Sequence record: NC_024125.2
Direction: 5' to 3' (one strand)
Source: Escherichia phage vB_EcoM_112
DNA length: 64,000 bases
Part shown: positions 1 through 9,808 of the stretch, piece by piece
Position numbering within the stretch: position 1 is the stretch's first letter
How the letters are laid out: every line of letters begins with the position of its first letter
Program-made: the position numbers and the translations under genes
Notes under the pieces: generated by a model
Database searches by the model: none
Told to the model about the DNA's origin: nothing
What the model saw: the letters and a program-made list of their open reading frames with translations, nothing else

Positions 1-1
1 A

Positions 2-2179
2 TTAGGCCGCAAGGGCCTTCATAGTTTTAGCGATTTGGGAAACTTCATCATCACTTAAAGAGTTGCGATAACTGATGAAGTCGGAAACAATACGGAATTT
101 CTTGGTAAACTCAGCAACCATTTTATCACTGTTTTTTGAAGCATTATTTGATAATACATCAAAAAGATTAGTTACTGTCCAGATGTCATGACCGATGGTA
201 TCTTTTCCACCATTAAAATATACACCGCGCAATGAACTAACTATATTAGCGAGTCGTGTATATTCTTCAGAAACTTCATCTGTACTGAAGTACTTCATCA
301 TAAAATCTAGTTCAGGATACTTGATAATTTTATCAATATATCGTTGAGCTGAACTTGAATAACCTACATACTTATCATAATCTACATCATCAAAAGCATC
401 TACATATAAATCACGCAAAGCTTCAAAAATACATTGGCACTGACCGAGTTCTTTTACCTTTTTCTGTAAAAGCGGACGAATAACATAAAATTCATTAATG
501 CCAATAAGATTAGCCATACGAATCAAAATATTCATAGATGGATGACAAAGAGATGTAGTACCATCCATAGAGAAAATATCAGAACGATGCATATACGCTA
601 CATAACCAGTAATTTCATCTGCTTCTGACGTAAGTGTAAATAGTTCCTCTTTTTCCCAGCGCCCGTCTTTAATTTCAAACTTAAATGCTGTAGCAGCTTT
701 AGGACGAGGAGCTTTACTTTTAACTACCTTTGGAATATAGCTTTTAACTAAAGCTTCAATTTCTGACAAATAATGAATGTTAACTTCATCACTTTCAAAC
801 ATCGCCATAATATCAGGAAGTAAATCAATCTGCGATTCTACTTCTGGGTTAATAAACAGAAGGCGTTCGTTATGATGAATATTTAAAGTGTTATTAAATT
901 CACTATCATCTAACGCATGTGCTAATCCACGGACAATATTAACACGATTTTTAATATTGTCAATAACGATATTAATTTTTGTTGTATTAATACCAAACAG
1001 ACGATAACTTGATGCAACGGCTGAAGTTTCATGACTTTGCTTAATGCGTTTCAGTCGAGGGTCAAGATTTACTTCATACACAACTCCTGCATTGCATAAC
1101 TTACTGTCAGGTTCAAACATGCTTTGCATCTTTTTATATGACAGATTTTTAGTCGTGAATTTGACTGAATTGCTAATCATATAATCTCGAGCAGAATACC
1201 CCATCTTCATCAATTCACGATATGTGTGACGAGGAGATGTAGATTCTTTAAATCGTTTTACATCTTCATTAAATGCTTTCTCACTGAGTTCTTTAACTCG
1301 TTCAATGATATTTTTACGAGTGCGATCATCTAGTGAAAGAGCCTCACGAGATGGAGCAATATCAAGTGAACCCATTGGAAACTTAATGTAATTCACTTCA
1401 TTGCGGATGCTTAACCAGTTACGGTCTCTAATAACACCATCGATAGGATAAACAATACCGCCATAGATAGCATACAATCCGCCACGATCAGGCCAGTATC
1501 TTTCTGGATTTACACCGTAATAATCATCAAAATCCGGAAAATAATCAATTTCGCGGTCAAGACCATTAATGATAGCCAAATCTTTGAATGGTCGCATGAT
1601 ATAAGAAACTTCATAAGCAAAGTTTCTAAAGTCTTTTTCTTCAACTGGAACTACGATTTCAATACCAGTTTTATCATCTGGACCCATTTCTTTTACGAAT
1701 GTAGGTTTAATCTGTGGACCATCACCATCCATGTAAGCTACATAACCACGAATTTCGCCTTTATGATACGAAGTAATACTAAATGTATCAGTATAACTAA
1801 ACGGAGATTTAGAACCTAAACCAAATCCGCCAATGAAATCGTTAGATTCAGCCTTAGATGAACTGAAGTATGAATTATACAGACCAGGAGAATTATCATC
1901 ACCCTGAATATCAAAATCACTCATACCCGGACCAAAATCTCGACAAACAAATCGCGGATCTAATCGTCCTGGAACTTGTATGATAAATTTTTCAGGATTT
2001 CCATTGAGAGCATGGGCATCAATCATATTAGTAATCAATTCACGGACTACTGCGCGAATCTTGTTTGTATACAAATCAGACGACAGAATTTTAAATACTT
2101 TAGGAGATGCTGTGATGCTAAATGCTTTCGATTTAGAACCATTACCAAGAATTGTTTCTTTTTCAGTGGTGATAATCAT
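2..2179 (-). CDS. rIIA: rIIA membrane-associated protein (rapid-lysis/Rex exclusion locus), 725 aa
   Basis: 725-aa ORF, N-terminus [14 protein letters not shown] and length as I recall for T4 rIIA; ATG at 2177-2179, TAA at 2-4. Confidence 0.9.
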   Translation of the reverse strand: MIITTEKETILGNGSKSKAFSITASPKVFKILSSDLYTNKIRAVVRELITNMIDAHALNGNPEKFIIQVPGRLDPRFVCRDFGPGMSDFDIQGDDNSPGLYNSYFSSSKAESNDFIGGFGLGSKSPFSYTDTFSITSYHKGEIRGYVAYMDGDGPQIKPTFVKEMGPDDKTGIEIVVPVEEKDFRNFAYEVSYIMRPFKDLAIINGLDREIDYFPDFDDYYGVNPERYWPDRGGLYAIYGGIVYPIDGVIRDRNWLSIRNEVNYIKFPMGSLDIAPSREALSLDDRTRKNIIERVKELSEKAFNEDVKRFKESTSPRHTYRELMKMGYSARDYMISNSVKFTTKNLSYKKMQSMFEPDSKLCNAGVVYEVNLDPRLKRIKQSHETSAVASSYRLFGINTTKINIVIDNIKNRVNIVRGLAHALDDSEFNNTLNIHHNERLLFINPEVESQIDLLPDIMAMFESDEVNIHYLSEIEALVKSYIPKVVKSKAPRPKAATAFKFEIKDGRWEKEELFTLTSEADEITGYVAYMHRSDIFSMDGTTSLCHPSMNILIRMANLIGINEFYVIRPLLQKKVKELGQCQCIFEALRDLYVDAFDDVDYDKYVGYSSSAQRYIDKIIKYPELDFMMKYFSTDEVSEEYTRLANIVSSLRGVYFNGGKDTIGHDIWTVTNLFDVLSNNASKNSDKMVAEFTKKFRIVSDFISYRNSLSDDEVSQIAKTMKALAA

Positions 2180-2189
2180 AATTTCCTCA

Positions 2190-2393
2190 TTAATTCATAT
2201 TACGCTTAATAACTTCAGCAACTTCTAGTAGTTCATCTTTAGTTGCGGTGTCGGATTGAATTTTATCTCTAATATCTTTAAAGCGGTTTTTAAATTCTTC
2301 GGCTTCTCCCATATCGAAAAAGCGTTGAATGATTCTATATTCTCGATGAACTGCTTTATCAAAAAGTTCTAAATTTACTTTATATGATTTCAT
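2190..2393 (-). CDS. hypothetical 67-aa protein (position of T4 rIIA.1)
   Basis: ORF immediately upstream of rIIA, ATG verified at 2391-2393; early promoter just upstream. Confidence 0.6.
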   Translation of the reverse strand: MKSYKVNLELFDKAVHREYRIIQRFFDMGEAEEFKNRFKDIRDKIQSDTATKDELLEVAEVIKRNMN

Positions 2394-2447
2394 TTCAATA
2401 TCCTCATTTGCCCAATTAATTATACCACATCCTTGTGGTAAAGTAAA

Positions 2448-2980
2448 CTACTGGCTCATCCATTCTTTACGAAGGTCAGCGTTATCTCCCATGAGCATTT
2501 CAAAAAGCTCTTTCCAGTTCTCAGGAAGTTTAACAACATCATATACTGGATTTTGAATCATCTCACGATATTCAGATTTTTCCAAAGAGCCAAGTCCTTT
2601 AATATAACGGATGCTATGTTTAGGTAGAGCATCTTTGGCACTCTCATATTCAGCGACTGTATAAAACCATTCTTGTTTTTTACCGACCTGAGCGATGATT
2701 ACAGGAGTTTTGACAAAACGAATTCGTCCTTGCTCAAACAATTCTGGCCAATTACTAAAAAATCCGAGCAGAGAAGGATAAATAGAACCTAATCCAATAA
2801 TCTCTTAATTATGAGGTATTTCTATAGATAGCCCGAAGGCTATCCATCGTGATCTGCGTCTGTCATAATAGCGACATTCGCATAGTTCATTGAAGAGGAT
2901 TTAATAGAACGACGAACATTGTTCTGCAATTTATATTTTTTCATATCAACGCTAGAAGAATCAATTTTTACAAATTTCAT
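2448..2980 (-). CDS. 60: DNA topoisomerase II subunit gp60, translated by programmed bypass of a 50-nt coding gap; segments 2843..2980 and 2448..2792
   Basis: 46 codons MKFVKIDSS...DADHDG end at take-off GGA (2843-2845) followed by UAG (2840-2842); reading resumes after landing GGA (2793-2795) as LGSIYPSLLGFF...; 46+114=160 aa. Confidence 0.9.
2793..2845 (-). other. gene 60 translational bypass element: take-off GGA, UAG stop, CUUCGG hairpin (2827-2844), 50-nt untranslated gap, landing GGA
   Basis: Matched GGA codons exactly 50 nt apart; stem GAUAGCC/GGCUAUC with UUCG loop spans the take-off codon; nascent peptide KKYKLQNNVRRSIKSSS precedes it. Confidence 0.85.
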
Positions 2981-3779
2981 TATACACCTCATAGAACTTT
3001 TCATCAGGAATCCAACCGCGTTTAAATTCATTAAATGCTCGGCCGAATAATTTTGAATTCACAGTTATATTATTAACTGATTTCCATTTAGCAACTCCCG
3101 TTCGTTTATAATGATCGGGGTCATATTTCGTGACGTACCATTCATATAAATTTGGTATTAATTTTACAGCCTCTGGATTTGTCGCTGATTTATTATACCA
3201 TGGTTTCGCTTTTTCAAGTTCAGCTGCTTTTGCAGTAGCAGCAACAGTATTTCCAATACCAACTAATTTTTCAGCTTTAATGCGTGGATCATTAACATGA
3301 AGACGAAAAACTTCGCCTTTTTCATTTTTAAAGCATGTCATGCCTTTAATTCCAGGAAGCTTAACACCTTTATTAACACCGCACCATTCCTTTGGGTTAA
3401 ATGATCCTTTAATTAATAAGGCGCATTTACCCGATTTAATACTTCTCATTAAAACTTTATCTTTCATAAAGTTTTTTGACCATTCAGATACTGCTCTTTG
3501 ATGGTAAATTCTAGCAATTTCATATAATTTACTAGAACGTAAATATTTTTCAGTGTTTAACATTCTATTCATCGCATATGCCATTTCACGATTACGATGA
3601 ATTTTATATAGTAGAAAATGTGCTAAAAAGTGTTCACGAAAAGTCAGTTTCACCAAATTTTCTTTATCATCAGAACCTCCCATTGATCTTGGAAGGATAT
3701 GATGAATTTCACCCTTAAATTTAGAAACGCGGGTTTTACCCCGCACTATTAAGTCATTATAGATTTTTTCGTAATTCAC
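2961..3779 (-). CDS. mobA: HNH homing endonuclease MobA, 272 aa as tracked
   Basis: HNH motif HHILPRSMGGSDDKENLVKLTFREHFLAH; sits between gene 39 and gene 60 and overlaps both; first codon is GTG with no in-frame ATG nearby. Confidence 0.75.
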   Translation of the reverse strand: MNYEKIYNDLIVRGKTRVSKFKGEIHHILPRSMGGSDDKENLVKLTFREHFLAHFLLYKIHRNREMAYAMNRMLNTEKYLRSSKLYEIARIYHQRAVSEWSKNFMKDKVLMRSIKSGKCALLIKGSFNPKEWCGVNKGVKLPGIKGMTCFKNEKGEVFRLHVNDPRIKAEKLVGIGNTVAATAKAAELEKAKPWYNKSATNPEAVKLIPNLYEWYVTKYDPDHYKRTGVAKWKSVNNITVNSKLFGRAFNEFKRGWIPDEKFYEVYNEICKN

Positions 3780-5307
3780 CTACTGTTATCCATTTACCAT
3801 TAATCTGTACTTCATCATTTTCATTTACGATAATTGTATCGCCATTTAGTTCGAAAGTAAACCACTCGCCATCTTCTTTTTCTTCAAACGCCTTTTCACC
3901 AAGAACTAGACCAGTGATTGCGCAAATATCAAATAGTTCTTTGTTTTTAAGCATATCGGCATATGACATACCCCAGCTATTAAGAACTTTACCGCGCAAT
4001 GGATAACCACCATGAAGTTCTTTATCACGAACATCAATAAGATATCCGATAGCAGAATCACCCTCAGTCAAGAACAATGTAGTATCAGCATCTTTACCAC
4101 AAAGATTCGCTTTAATATGTTTATGAACCTTAGCTTTAGAAGCCTTTTTAGCTGCTTTAGTTTCTGCTGCCTTTTCCGCCGCCAATTTACGAGCTAGTGC
4201 AGCTTCAATAATCGGCATTAAAATTGCTTCATTATTTAGAATAGCGCGTGAAATCTTTTTAGCATCAAGTTGAATATGACTACGAATTTCGCCAAATGGA
4301 GAAGTCAAACGCTCTTTAGTTTGAGAATCAAATCGCATGTTTTTCATATCACGAACAAACATAACGATAGTCAAACATTCTTTAACCCGTGCTTTAGTTA
4401 CATCAATTTTGAACTTACGTTTGATTTGTGGAATAAGGTCTTCACAAATATCATCCATAACACAGTCAATGTGATGGCCACCATTCTTAGTATGAATGTT
4501 ATTCACATAAGTTAATTGACGAAAACCATCCGGTGAACGACCAACTGCAATAGAACAATTTTCTTGTTCTTGAACGATAGCATGCTCATCATATTGGCGT
4601 GCATATTTCTTAAAATTACCCTGAACCTTTTTACCATTAAAGGTAAATTGAATATCAGGATAAACAACAGCAAGTGTCTGGAGACGATCTAGTGTAATGT
4701 CAAGATAAACTTGGGACAGCTCATTAGTTTCAAATGACATAAAATCAGGAATGAAAGTAACGCGAGTTCCTTTCCATTTTCCAGGAATATCTTCCCATGA
4801 TTTATTTTCCATGCCATTTGAACAACGAACTACAATATTATTTTGACCATCACCAGTTTCACCAACAAACATCACAGAAAAAATGTTAGTTAAACTAGAA
4901 CCAACACCGTTCATACCGCCAGTGACGCGTTCTTTATCATCACCGAAGTTACCACCTGCTTTTGGAATAGTCCATGCAGCAACAGGACCAGGAATTTCTT
5001 CACCAGTAGGTGTTTTAACCATAGCCTGTGGAATACCACGACCGTTATCTTCAACTGTTACCTGATTATTTTTAATAGTAACATTAATTTTATTTGCGAA
5101 TTTAAACTTAGTACGAATACCTTCATCTACTGAGTTATCGATAATTTCATCAATAAGCTTAACAAGACCAGGTACATACTGAACACTTTCCCATTTACCA
5201 AACAGAAAGCGCTCATGCATTTCATTAGCAGAAGAGCCAATATACATGCCGCTACGCTTTTTGATATGTTCAATATCGCTCAGAATTTTAATTTCATTCT
5301 TAATCAT
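3757..5307 (-). CDS. 39: DNA topoisomerase II large (ATPase, GyrB-like) subunit gp39, 516 aa
   Basis: 516 aa from ATG at 5305-5307 (tracked start 5310 is GTG); GHKL ATPase motifs (EIIDNSVDE, GLVKLIDE); synteny. Confidence 0.9.
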   Translation of the reverse strand: MIKNEIKILSDIEHIKKRSGMYIGSSANEMHERFLFGKWESVQYVPGLVKLIDEIIDNSVDEGIRTKFKFANKINVTIKNNQVTVEDNGRGIPQAMVKTPTGEEIPGPVAAWTIPKAGGNFGDDKERVTGGMNGVGSSLTNIFSVMFVGETGDGQNNIVVRCSNGMENKSWEDIPGKWKGTRVTFIPDFMSFETNELSQVYLDITLDRLQTLAVVYPDIQFTFNGKKVQGNFKKYARQYDEHAIVQEQENCSIAVGRSPDGFRQLTYVNNIHTKNGGHHIDCVMDDICEDLIPQIKRKFKIDVTKARVKECLTIVMFVRDMKNMRFDSQTKERLTSPFGEIRSHIQLDAKKISRAILNNEAILMPIIEAALARKLAAEKAAETKAAKKASKAKVHKHIKANLCGKDADTTLFLTEGDSAIGYLIDVRDKELHGGYPLRGKVLNSWGMSYADMLKNKELFDICAITGLVLGEKAFEEKEDGEWFTFELNGDTIIVNENDEVQINGKWITVGELRKNL

Positions 5308-5359
5308 CACTTATCCTCGTTTGGTTTCGGGAATATTATACTCCAATAATCATAAAGCT

Positions 5360-5377
5360 AAAGGCCCGAAGGCCTTT
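5360..5377 (-). terminator. CUUCGG tetraloop hairpin immediately after the stop of the lipoprotein ORF
   Basis: Plus strand AAAGGCC-CGAA-GGCCTTT; transcript loop UUCG; overlaps stop at 5377-5379. Confidence 0.5.
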
Positions 5378-5637
5378 TATTTAAAACGAATAGTCGAATC
5401 CTTGAAGAATAGTCCAGAACATACTGTTCCTTCTACTTTCTGTCCAGTAGGTCCAATAGCACGAAATCCAGTATGCTGGAAATCATTTTCAGAGCAACCG
5501 AACCAATTGTATCCAGTGATTTCAATATTAGTAAAACCGCTTGAAGACAAAACTTTGGTTGCATTATCAGCATCAGTACATCCTATTAAAGACACTGCTA
5601 ATACTAATGCTGCAATAGAACGATTAACATATTTCAT
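5377..5637 (-). CDS. small lipoprotein (signal peptide, lipobox LIGC), about 86 aa
   Basis: Hydrophobic N-terminus ending LIGC; ATG at 5635-5637 (tracked start 5646 is GTG). Confidence 0.55.
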   Translation of the reverse strand: MKYVNRSIAALVLAVSLIGCTDADNATKVLSSSGFTNIEITGYNWFGCSENDFQHTGFRAIGPTGQKVEGTVCSGLFFKDSTIRFK

Positions 5638-5642
5638 AATTT

Positions 5643-6014
5643 TCACTTAAATTTAATGGCTTGAAGAAGACTAATAACTCTCAAGCGACTTCTTTCATCT
5701 TTAACTGTAAAAGAAAGAGGGTCACCAGACTTCATAGTAATAGTGCATTCAAAATCAAAATCTTCGGAAACTTCTTTGAAGAAGTCAAATTCTTCATCAT
5801 AAATTAAAACTTCACTCCGAAGACTGTGAAGAATTTTTCCGTCATTTCCAGATGCTGTACTAATCATTGTAACATTATTACCTTTCATATCTTCAACGAT
5901 AAATTCGCTTGTAGATATTACAGCATTAATAGAACCATTCCTATAAATAGCAGAAAATAGATATTTCTTTTCTTCACCTTCGCGAATGCGATATTTCTTA
6001 CCGATTTTAAACAT
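5643..6014 (-). CDS. hypothetical protein, 123 aa
   Basis: ATG verified at 6012-6014; no motif recognised. Confidence 0.6.
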   Translation of the reverse strand: MFKIGKKYRIREGEEKKYLFSAIYRNGSINAVISTSEFIVEDMKGNNVTMISTASGNDGKILHSLRSEVLIYDEEFDFFKEVSEDFDFECTITMKSGDPLSFTVKDERSRLRVISLLQAIKFK

Positions 6015-6016
6015 AA

Positions 6017-6193
6017 TTACCCTTTAAGTAAGTCGTAAAAACCACCATTCACATGCTTAGGAGCGGAAACTAACCGAATAGCAATCCGATGACAATCAGG
6101 ACATACATCAGTATCCCTTTCAGAAATTTTCTTGATTTTTTCGTATTCTTTTGCACAGTCTTTGGATTGACATTTATAATCATAAAGAGGCAT
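6017..6193 (-). CDS. zinc-ribbon protein (FmdB-like CxxC...CxxC), 58 aa; not in ORF track
   Basis: MPLYDYKCQSKDC...CPDCHRIA; ATG at 6191-6193 with AAGGAA RBS, TAA at 6017-6019, fills the gap exactly. Confidence 0.5.
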   Translation of the reverse strand: MPLYDYKCQSKDCAKEYEKIKKISERDTDVCPDCHRIAIRLVSAPKHVNGGFYDLLKG

Positions 6194-6195
6194 AA

Positions 6196-6615
6196 TTATT
6201 CCTTAAAGTGAGCTTTCAACATCTGATACAAGGACCATGCTTGTTCATTATTTTCAATAGTAACTTTCATTACCGGGAATTCTGTGAAATCTTCTATTTG
6301 TTCTTGCTCTTCCTGCTCTTGTTCTTCAGCAGCCTGATATGGATTTTCAACTTCATCAAAGAACCCAGCTTCGTTAGTAGAGAGCCAGATAAAGTTTTCG
6401 TCAAGGATATCACCACCGGCACAACGTTTGAGTACACCTATGGATGTCATAATTTTAGTAGGACGCCCAAGATAATCAGCATCTAAAATTTTAAAAGGCT
6501 CCATACCTAAACGTCGTGCATAGATTCCGTTATCAGTATGGTCTTTAATAAAATTTTCTTGAGCTTGTTTATTTTTAAATTGATACCATTTATTAACTTC
6601 AAATTTAATAGCCAT
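6196..6615 (-). CDS. hypothetical acidic protein with [10 protein letters not shown] tract, 139 aa
   Basis: ATG at 6613-6615 overlapping upstream stop (TAATG). Confidence 0.6.
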   Translation of the reverse strand: MAIKFEVNKWYQFKNKQAQENFIKDHTDNGIYARRLGMEPFKILDADYLGRPTKIMTSIGVLKRCAGGDILDENFIWLSTNEAGFFDEVENPYQAAEEQEQEEQEQIEDFTEFPVMKVTIENNEQAWSLYQMLKAHFKE

Positions 6616-6830
6616 TAATAAATTTCCTTCCAGTAAGTTGTACCGTCTTCAGTAATTTCACGAAATACACCATAAATTGGCTGTTTATCACCGACTTTCT
6701 CATACACATAAACAGAAGTCAAGTGAGTAAACTTGCTAGTATGTTCCTTTTGAACTACTACCAAATTTGGATCAAATAATACATCTTCAAATTCATCATT
6801 AGTGCAATTCTGAACAATTTTACGTTTCAT
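6615..6830 (-). CDS. hypothetical protein, 71 aa (position and size as I recall for T4 cef)
   Basis: ATG at 6828-6830; synteny only. Confidence 0.5.
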   Translation of the reverse strand: MKRKIVQNCTNDEFEDVLFDPNLVVVQKEHTSKFTHLTSVYVYEKVGDKQPIYGVFREITEDGTTYWKEIY

Positions 6831-6843
6831 TACAATTTCCTCA

Positions 6844-7113
6844 TTAATTGAACAGTGGAGCGATACGTTTCAGAAGAGTAGCAGCACCTTTGGCGAATTT
6901 TACATCATGAAAAACAGTTTCTTCTTCTGTAACAACTCGAGCTTTAATGTTTTCACAATCCCAATTTTTACGAACAATCTTCAAAAGCTGCAGTAAATCT
7001 TTACATTCAGCAATATCGATAACACATCCACGAGAATCTTCCATTATCGCACGATAACCGTAAGCCATACCATAATCGTTGAAAGATTGCTCGATGATAA
7101 TTAAGTTTTCCAT
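6844..7113 (-). CDS. hypothetical protein, about 89 aa
   Basis: ATG at 7111-7113 preceded by TTGGAGAATAAA leader; tracked start 7125 is a TTG extension. Confidence 0.55.
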   Translation of the reverse strand: MENLIIIEQSFNDYGMAYGYRAIMEDSRGCVIDIAECKDLLQLLKIVRKNWDCENIKARVVTEEETVFHDVKFAKGAATLLKRIAPLFN

Positions 7114-7136
7114 TTTATTCTCCAAGTTGTTTCTGT

Positions 7137-7179
7137 ATCAGTAGTTGATATTGATATAGTACCATAATCAACTACTGAT
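7137..7179 (-). repeat. perfect 13-bp inverted repeat ATCAGTAGTTGAT / ATCAACTACTGAT around a 17-nt loop
   Basis: Arms 7137-7149 and 7167-7179 are exact reverse complements; loop carries a TACTAT -10-like element. Confidence 0.6.
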
Positions 7180-7209
7180 GTATATAGTTTTATGAAAAAA
7201 TTTTAAACT

Positions 7210-7707
7210 TTATGCACAGCGAGCTTTGCTATAGTGTTTAATCCAACTTTCAGGAATGACTTTGTATGTTCCTAAAAATACCGCGTTGTACAGCTTAACA
7301 CCATCTTCTACCCACTGATCGGTAATGTATGCGCACATAGCACGAGTACGGTGTTTTTGAACAACCCCTTCCTCATCTTCAGTAAATTCAAATTCATAAG
7401 GAGCAACGAACTTGATAGCTTGACCAAGTTTCCACTTAAAGTCTACACCTACATGCGAAGTATCAATCGTTTCAATTCCTTTAGCGGGAACAGCTTTCAA
7501 AAACGCAGGCTCAAGAAATTTCCATCGAACATAACCAAACTGGGGCTTAGACATTCCATCTTTAGCAATGATACGTACTTTTACTTCAGAATCTTCATCT
7601 TTAACACCGTGTTTAAGCTGAATGCTTACAACTTCAACCAATTTTCCTGCTGCTTTAGAACGGGATTTATCAGATACACGAGCAATTTCACCGATATTAA
7701 TATTCAT
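7210..7707 (-). CDS. hypothetical protein, 165 aa; paralog of 7786..8319
   Basis: Shares motif TDQWVEDGVKLYN with neighbour (TDQWIEDGVELLN). Confidence 0.6.
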   Translation of the reverse strand: MNINIGEIARVSDKSRSKAAGKLVEVVSIQLKHGVKDEDSEVKVRIIAKDGMSKPQFGYVRWKFLEPAFLKAVPAKGIETIDTSHVGVDFKWKLGQAIKFVAPYEFEFTEDEEGVVQKHRTRAMCAYITDQWVEDGVKLYNAVFLGTYKVIPESWIKHYSKARCA

Positions 7708-7753
7708 AATTATCTCTCACTTGTTAAAAAGATTTTATACTCCACAGGACCAC

Positions 7754-7783
7754 ATTATACTCTGGTCCCAAGAGTTTGTAAAC
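7754..7783 (-). promoter_or_regulatory. T4-type early promoter (GTTTAC-N18-TATAAT)
   Basis: Plus gtaaac 7778-7783 and attata 7754-7759. Confidence 0.6.
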
Positions 7784-7785
7784 TA

Positions 7786-8319
7786 TTAATTCAAAATAGC
7801 TACCACCGCACTACGAGGTACTACACTAAAATCACCTGCATGAACAACGTTCAGAAGTTCAACACCATCTTCAATCCACTGGTCTGTTACCCAACCACAG
7901 ACCGAAATAAATGGAGTCTTGATAGCTACCGCATGAGTTAGAAGGTCAGTAGGATCGCATTCTTGAAAGAGGATGAACTCTGCTTCATAAACCAGGATTT
8001 TCTCTATTTTGTTATTGTCTAAACGACGACCGTGGACAATATAAGATTTAGTAAACCATTTACTTTTTTCAAAATCTTCAACAATAAATTCACCTTCGCC
8101 AAAAACATCAGTCAGAGTTTTATGGCCGGAAATCAAGGCATTAGTTTTAATTTCAGTTTCAACCAGTTTGTAGGTTTTGCCGATTTCAATAGCGGTAGTC
8201 ATAGTAGGTTCCTTAATTTCCAGTGGTTTAACAGGGCATACATAAGTGCTTACAGCATCAAAATCAATCAGTTTAGCTACCGGATTTGGTATGTATTCAG
8301 GATTATAATTAAATTTCAT
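7786..8319 (-). CDS. hypothetical protein, 177 aa; paralog of 7210..7707
   Basis: ATG at 8317-8319. Confidence 0.6.
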   Translation of the reverse strand: MKFNYNPEYIPNPVAKLIDFDAVSTYVCPVKPLEIKEPTMTTAIEIGKTYKLVETEIKTNALISGHKTLTDVFGEGEFIVEDFEKSKWFTKSYIVHGRRLDNNKIEKILVYEAEFILFQECDPTDLLTHAVAIKTPFISVCGWVTDQWIEDGVELLNVVHAGDFSVVPRSAVVAILN

Positions 8320-8321
8320 AA

Positions 8322-8819
8322 TTATCTCATTTCAATAAAATCTACGAGTTCAGCATGCGATTTGCGGAACATTACTTGATGCCCACCAATGATAACTTCA
8401 TCTTCAGGAACTTCGTATACAGCAAGATAAAATCCTTTAGAAGATAATTCTTCACGCTCTTCTCGTGTGAACCATCTCATCATATCATATTCACTAGCGA
8501 AAGCAAAATGATAAAGACCTATAAACCATCCGGGAATATGATATTCTGTTCCAGCATAATCTTTCTTGAACTTAGTATTAATTACTATATTAGCGTTTTT
8601 AACTAATAGTTTATCTTCGTGTGGTAAAGGAATTCTTTTATTATCGCTATGATGCATAAAATTAGGTCTGTCATAACCTACGTGTAATAGCCACTCTTCG
8701 CTCCATGAATCTATTATACTCCTGTACGGCGTTATTTGAACACAAAGATTTCGACGTATTGTTATAGCATCTTCATAATCAAGAATACTAAACGATGATT
8801 CAACACGATAAATTTTCAT
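8322..8819 (-). CDS. hypothetical protein, 165 aa
   Basis: ATG at 8817-8819. Confidence 0.6.
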   Translation of the reverse strand: MKIYRVESSFSILDYEDAITIRRNLCVQITPYRSIIDSWSEEWLLHVGYDRPNFMHHSDNKRIPLPHEDKLLVKNANIVINTKFKKDYAGTEYHIPGWFIGLYHFAFASEYDMMRWFTREEREELSSKGFYLAVYEVPEDEVIIGGHQVMFRKSHAELVDFIEMR

Positions 8820-8846
8820 TTTATTATCCTCAGTAGCTATGGTGTT

Positions 8847-8876
8847 ATAATACCATAACTAACCGAGGAAGTAAAC
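8847..8876 (-). promoter_or_regulatory. T4-type early promoter (GTTTAC-N18-TATTAT)
   Basis: Plus gtaaac 8871-8876, ataata 8847-8852. Confidence 0.5.
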
Positions 8877-8882
8877 AACTTT

Positions 8883-9566
8883 TTATCGTTTTGTTGGAAG
8901 AGACAGAGGATCGCACTCTTCCTCTGATGGAGCGTCTTCAAGACCCATAGCATACCGCAAAGCATACTTCATCATCAGGATGTCTTTCGCACAGTCATGA
9001 ATAGAATCATGTGCAACGAATCCATCTAAAGCTCCCTTTGGAAGAGGACACGTGGTCATATCACGAACAAGGAGAAGTGCTTCAATTCTGGTACGAATAT
9101 CACGCTGATTCCAGAATTTACACGGTTCTAACTTAAATGTGTCAAGCTCATTCTCAGAAACACCATTAAAACGTTGAATATCACGAATAAGATCGACTAA
9201 AATTGGAAAATCAAACGACATTCCACGGCACCAGCCTTGAGATTTCCAAGGATCGATATTATGTGCATTGATGTAATCATTAAATTTTGCAATACCATCG
9301 ATAGTGCTTACATCTTCATCTGATGGTGCAATATTTTTTCGAGCTTCAGGAGATTGATTCTTCCACCATTCGATAGTGCTTTTAGTAAAAAGACGATGTC
9401 CTTTTTGGCTTTTTAAATCAAACTTGATTTTAATGCCGCGTGAAACTAATTCATCAAATGTTTCAACTACTTCTGGATTAGGGTCAAAGGCAATAACAGC
9501 CAAATCAATAACAGCTGCCTTTTCACCGCTTCCCATTGTTTCAAAATCTATAATAAAATCAAACAT
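8883..9566 (-). CDS. dexA: exonuclease A (DnaQ-like 3'-5' exonuclease), 227 aa
   Basis: N-terminal FIIDFETMG exonuclease motif; length and synteny. Confidence 0.85.
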   Translation of the reverse strand: MFDFIIDFETMGSGEKAAVIDLAVIAFDPNPEVVETFDELVSRGIKIKFDLKSQKGHRLFTKSTIEWWKNQSPEARKNIAPSDEDVSTIDGIAKFNDYINAHNIDPWKSQGWCRGMSFDFPILVDLIRDIQRFNGVSENELDTFKLEPCKFWNQRDIRTRIEALLLVRDMTTCPLPKGALDGFVAHDSIHDCAKDILMMKYALRYAMGLEDAPSEEECDPLSLPTKR

Positions 9567-9808
9567 TAAATTTTCCTCGCTAAATCGCGAATTTGGCCTA
9601 CAGTGTAGTCTTGAATATAAACTTTATTAATAGGTTCATCAATAAATTTTGCCATAGATTCAATATCTTTTTGCATCTCTTCAAGACTGTATATTATCTT
9701 TAAAGCTTTTTCGCGAATAGTAATATTTTCAGGACCAGAATTTTTCTCAATGACAGCTTTAACATTTGTCATAAGAGATTTAAACTGACACCAACTTAAT
9801 TCAATCAT
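9566..9808 (-). CDS. hypothetical 80-aa protein; tandem paralog of 9801..10046
   Basis: LEEMQKDIESMAKF vs LEEIERDLIALEFF in neighbour. Confidence 0.55.
   Translation of the reverse strand: MIELSWCQFKSLMTNVKAVIEKNSGPENITIREKALKIIYSLEEMQKDIESMAKFIDEPINKVYIQDYTVGQIRDLARKI

Noticed and set aside
5-17. Short GC hairpin GGCC-GCAAG-GGCC at the window start overlapping the rIIA stop
   Set aside because: Only 4 bp of stem and at the window edge; too weak to call a terminator.
7351-7941. Plus-strand ORF of 196 aa, and many similar plus-strand ORFs in the track (e.g. 5246..5650, 31930..32346, 34342..34725)
   Set aside because: They lie antisense within confidently assigned minus-strand genes, lack RBS and are low-complexity (AT-rich codon shadows); treated as spurious.
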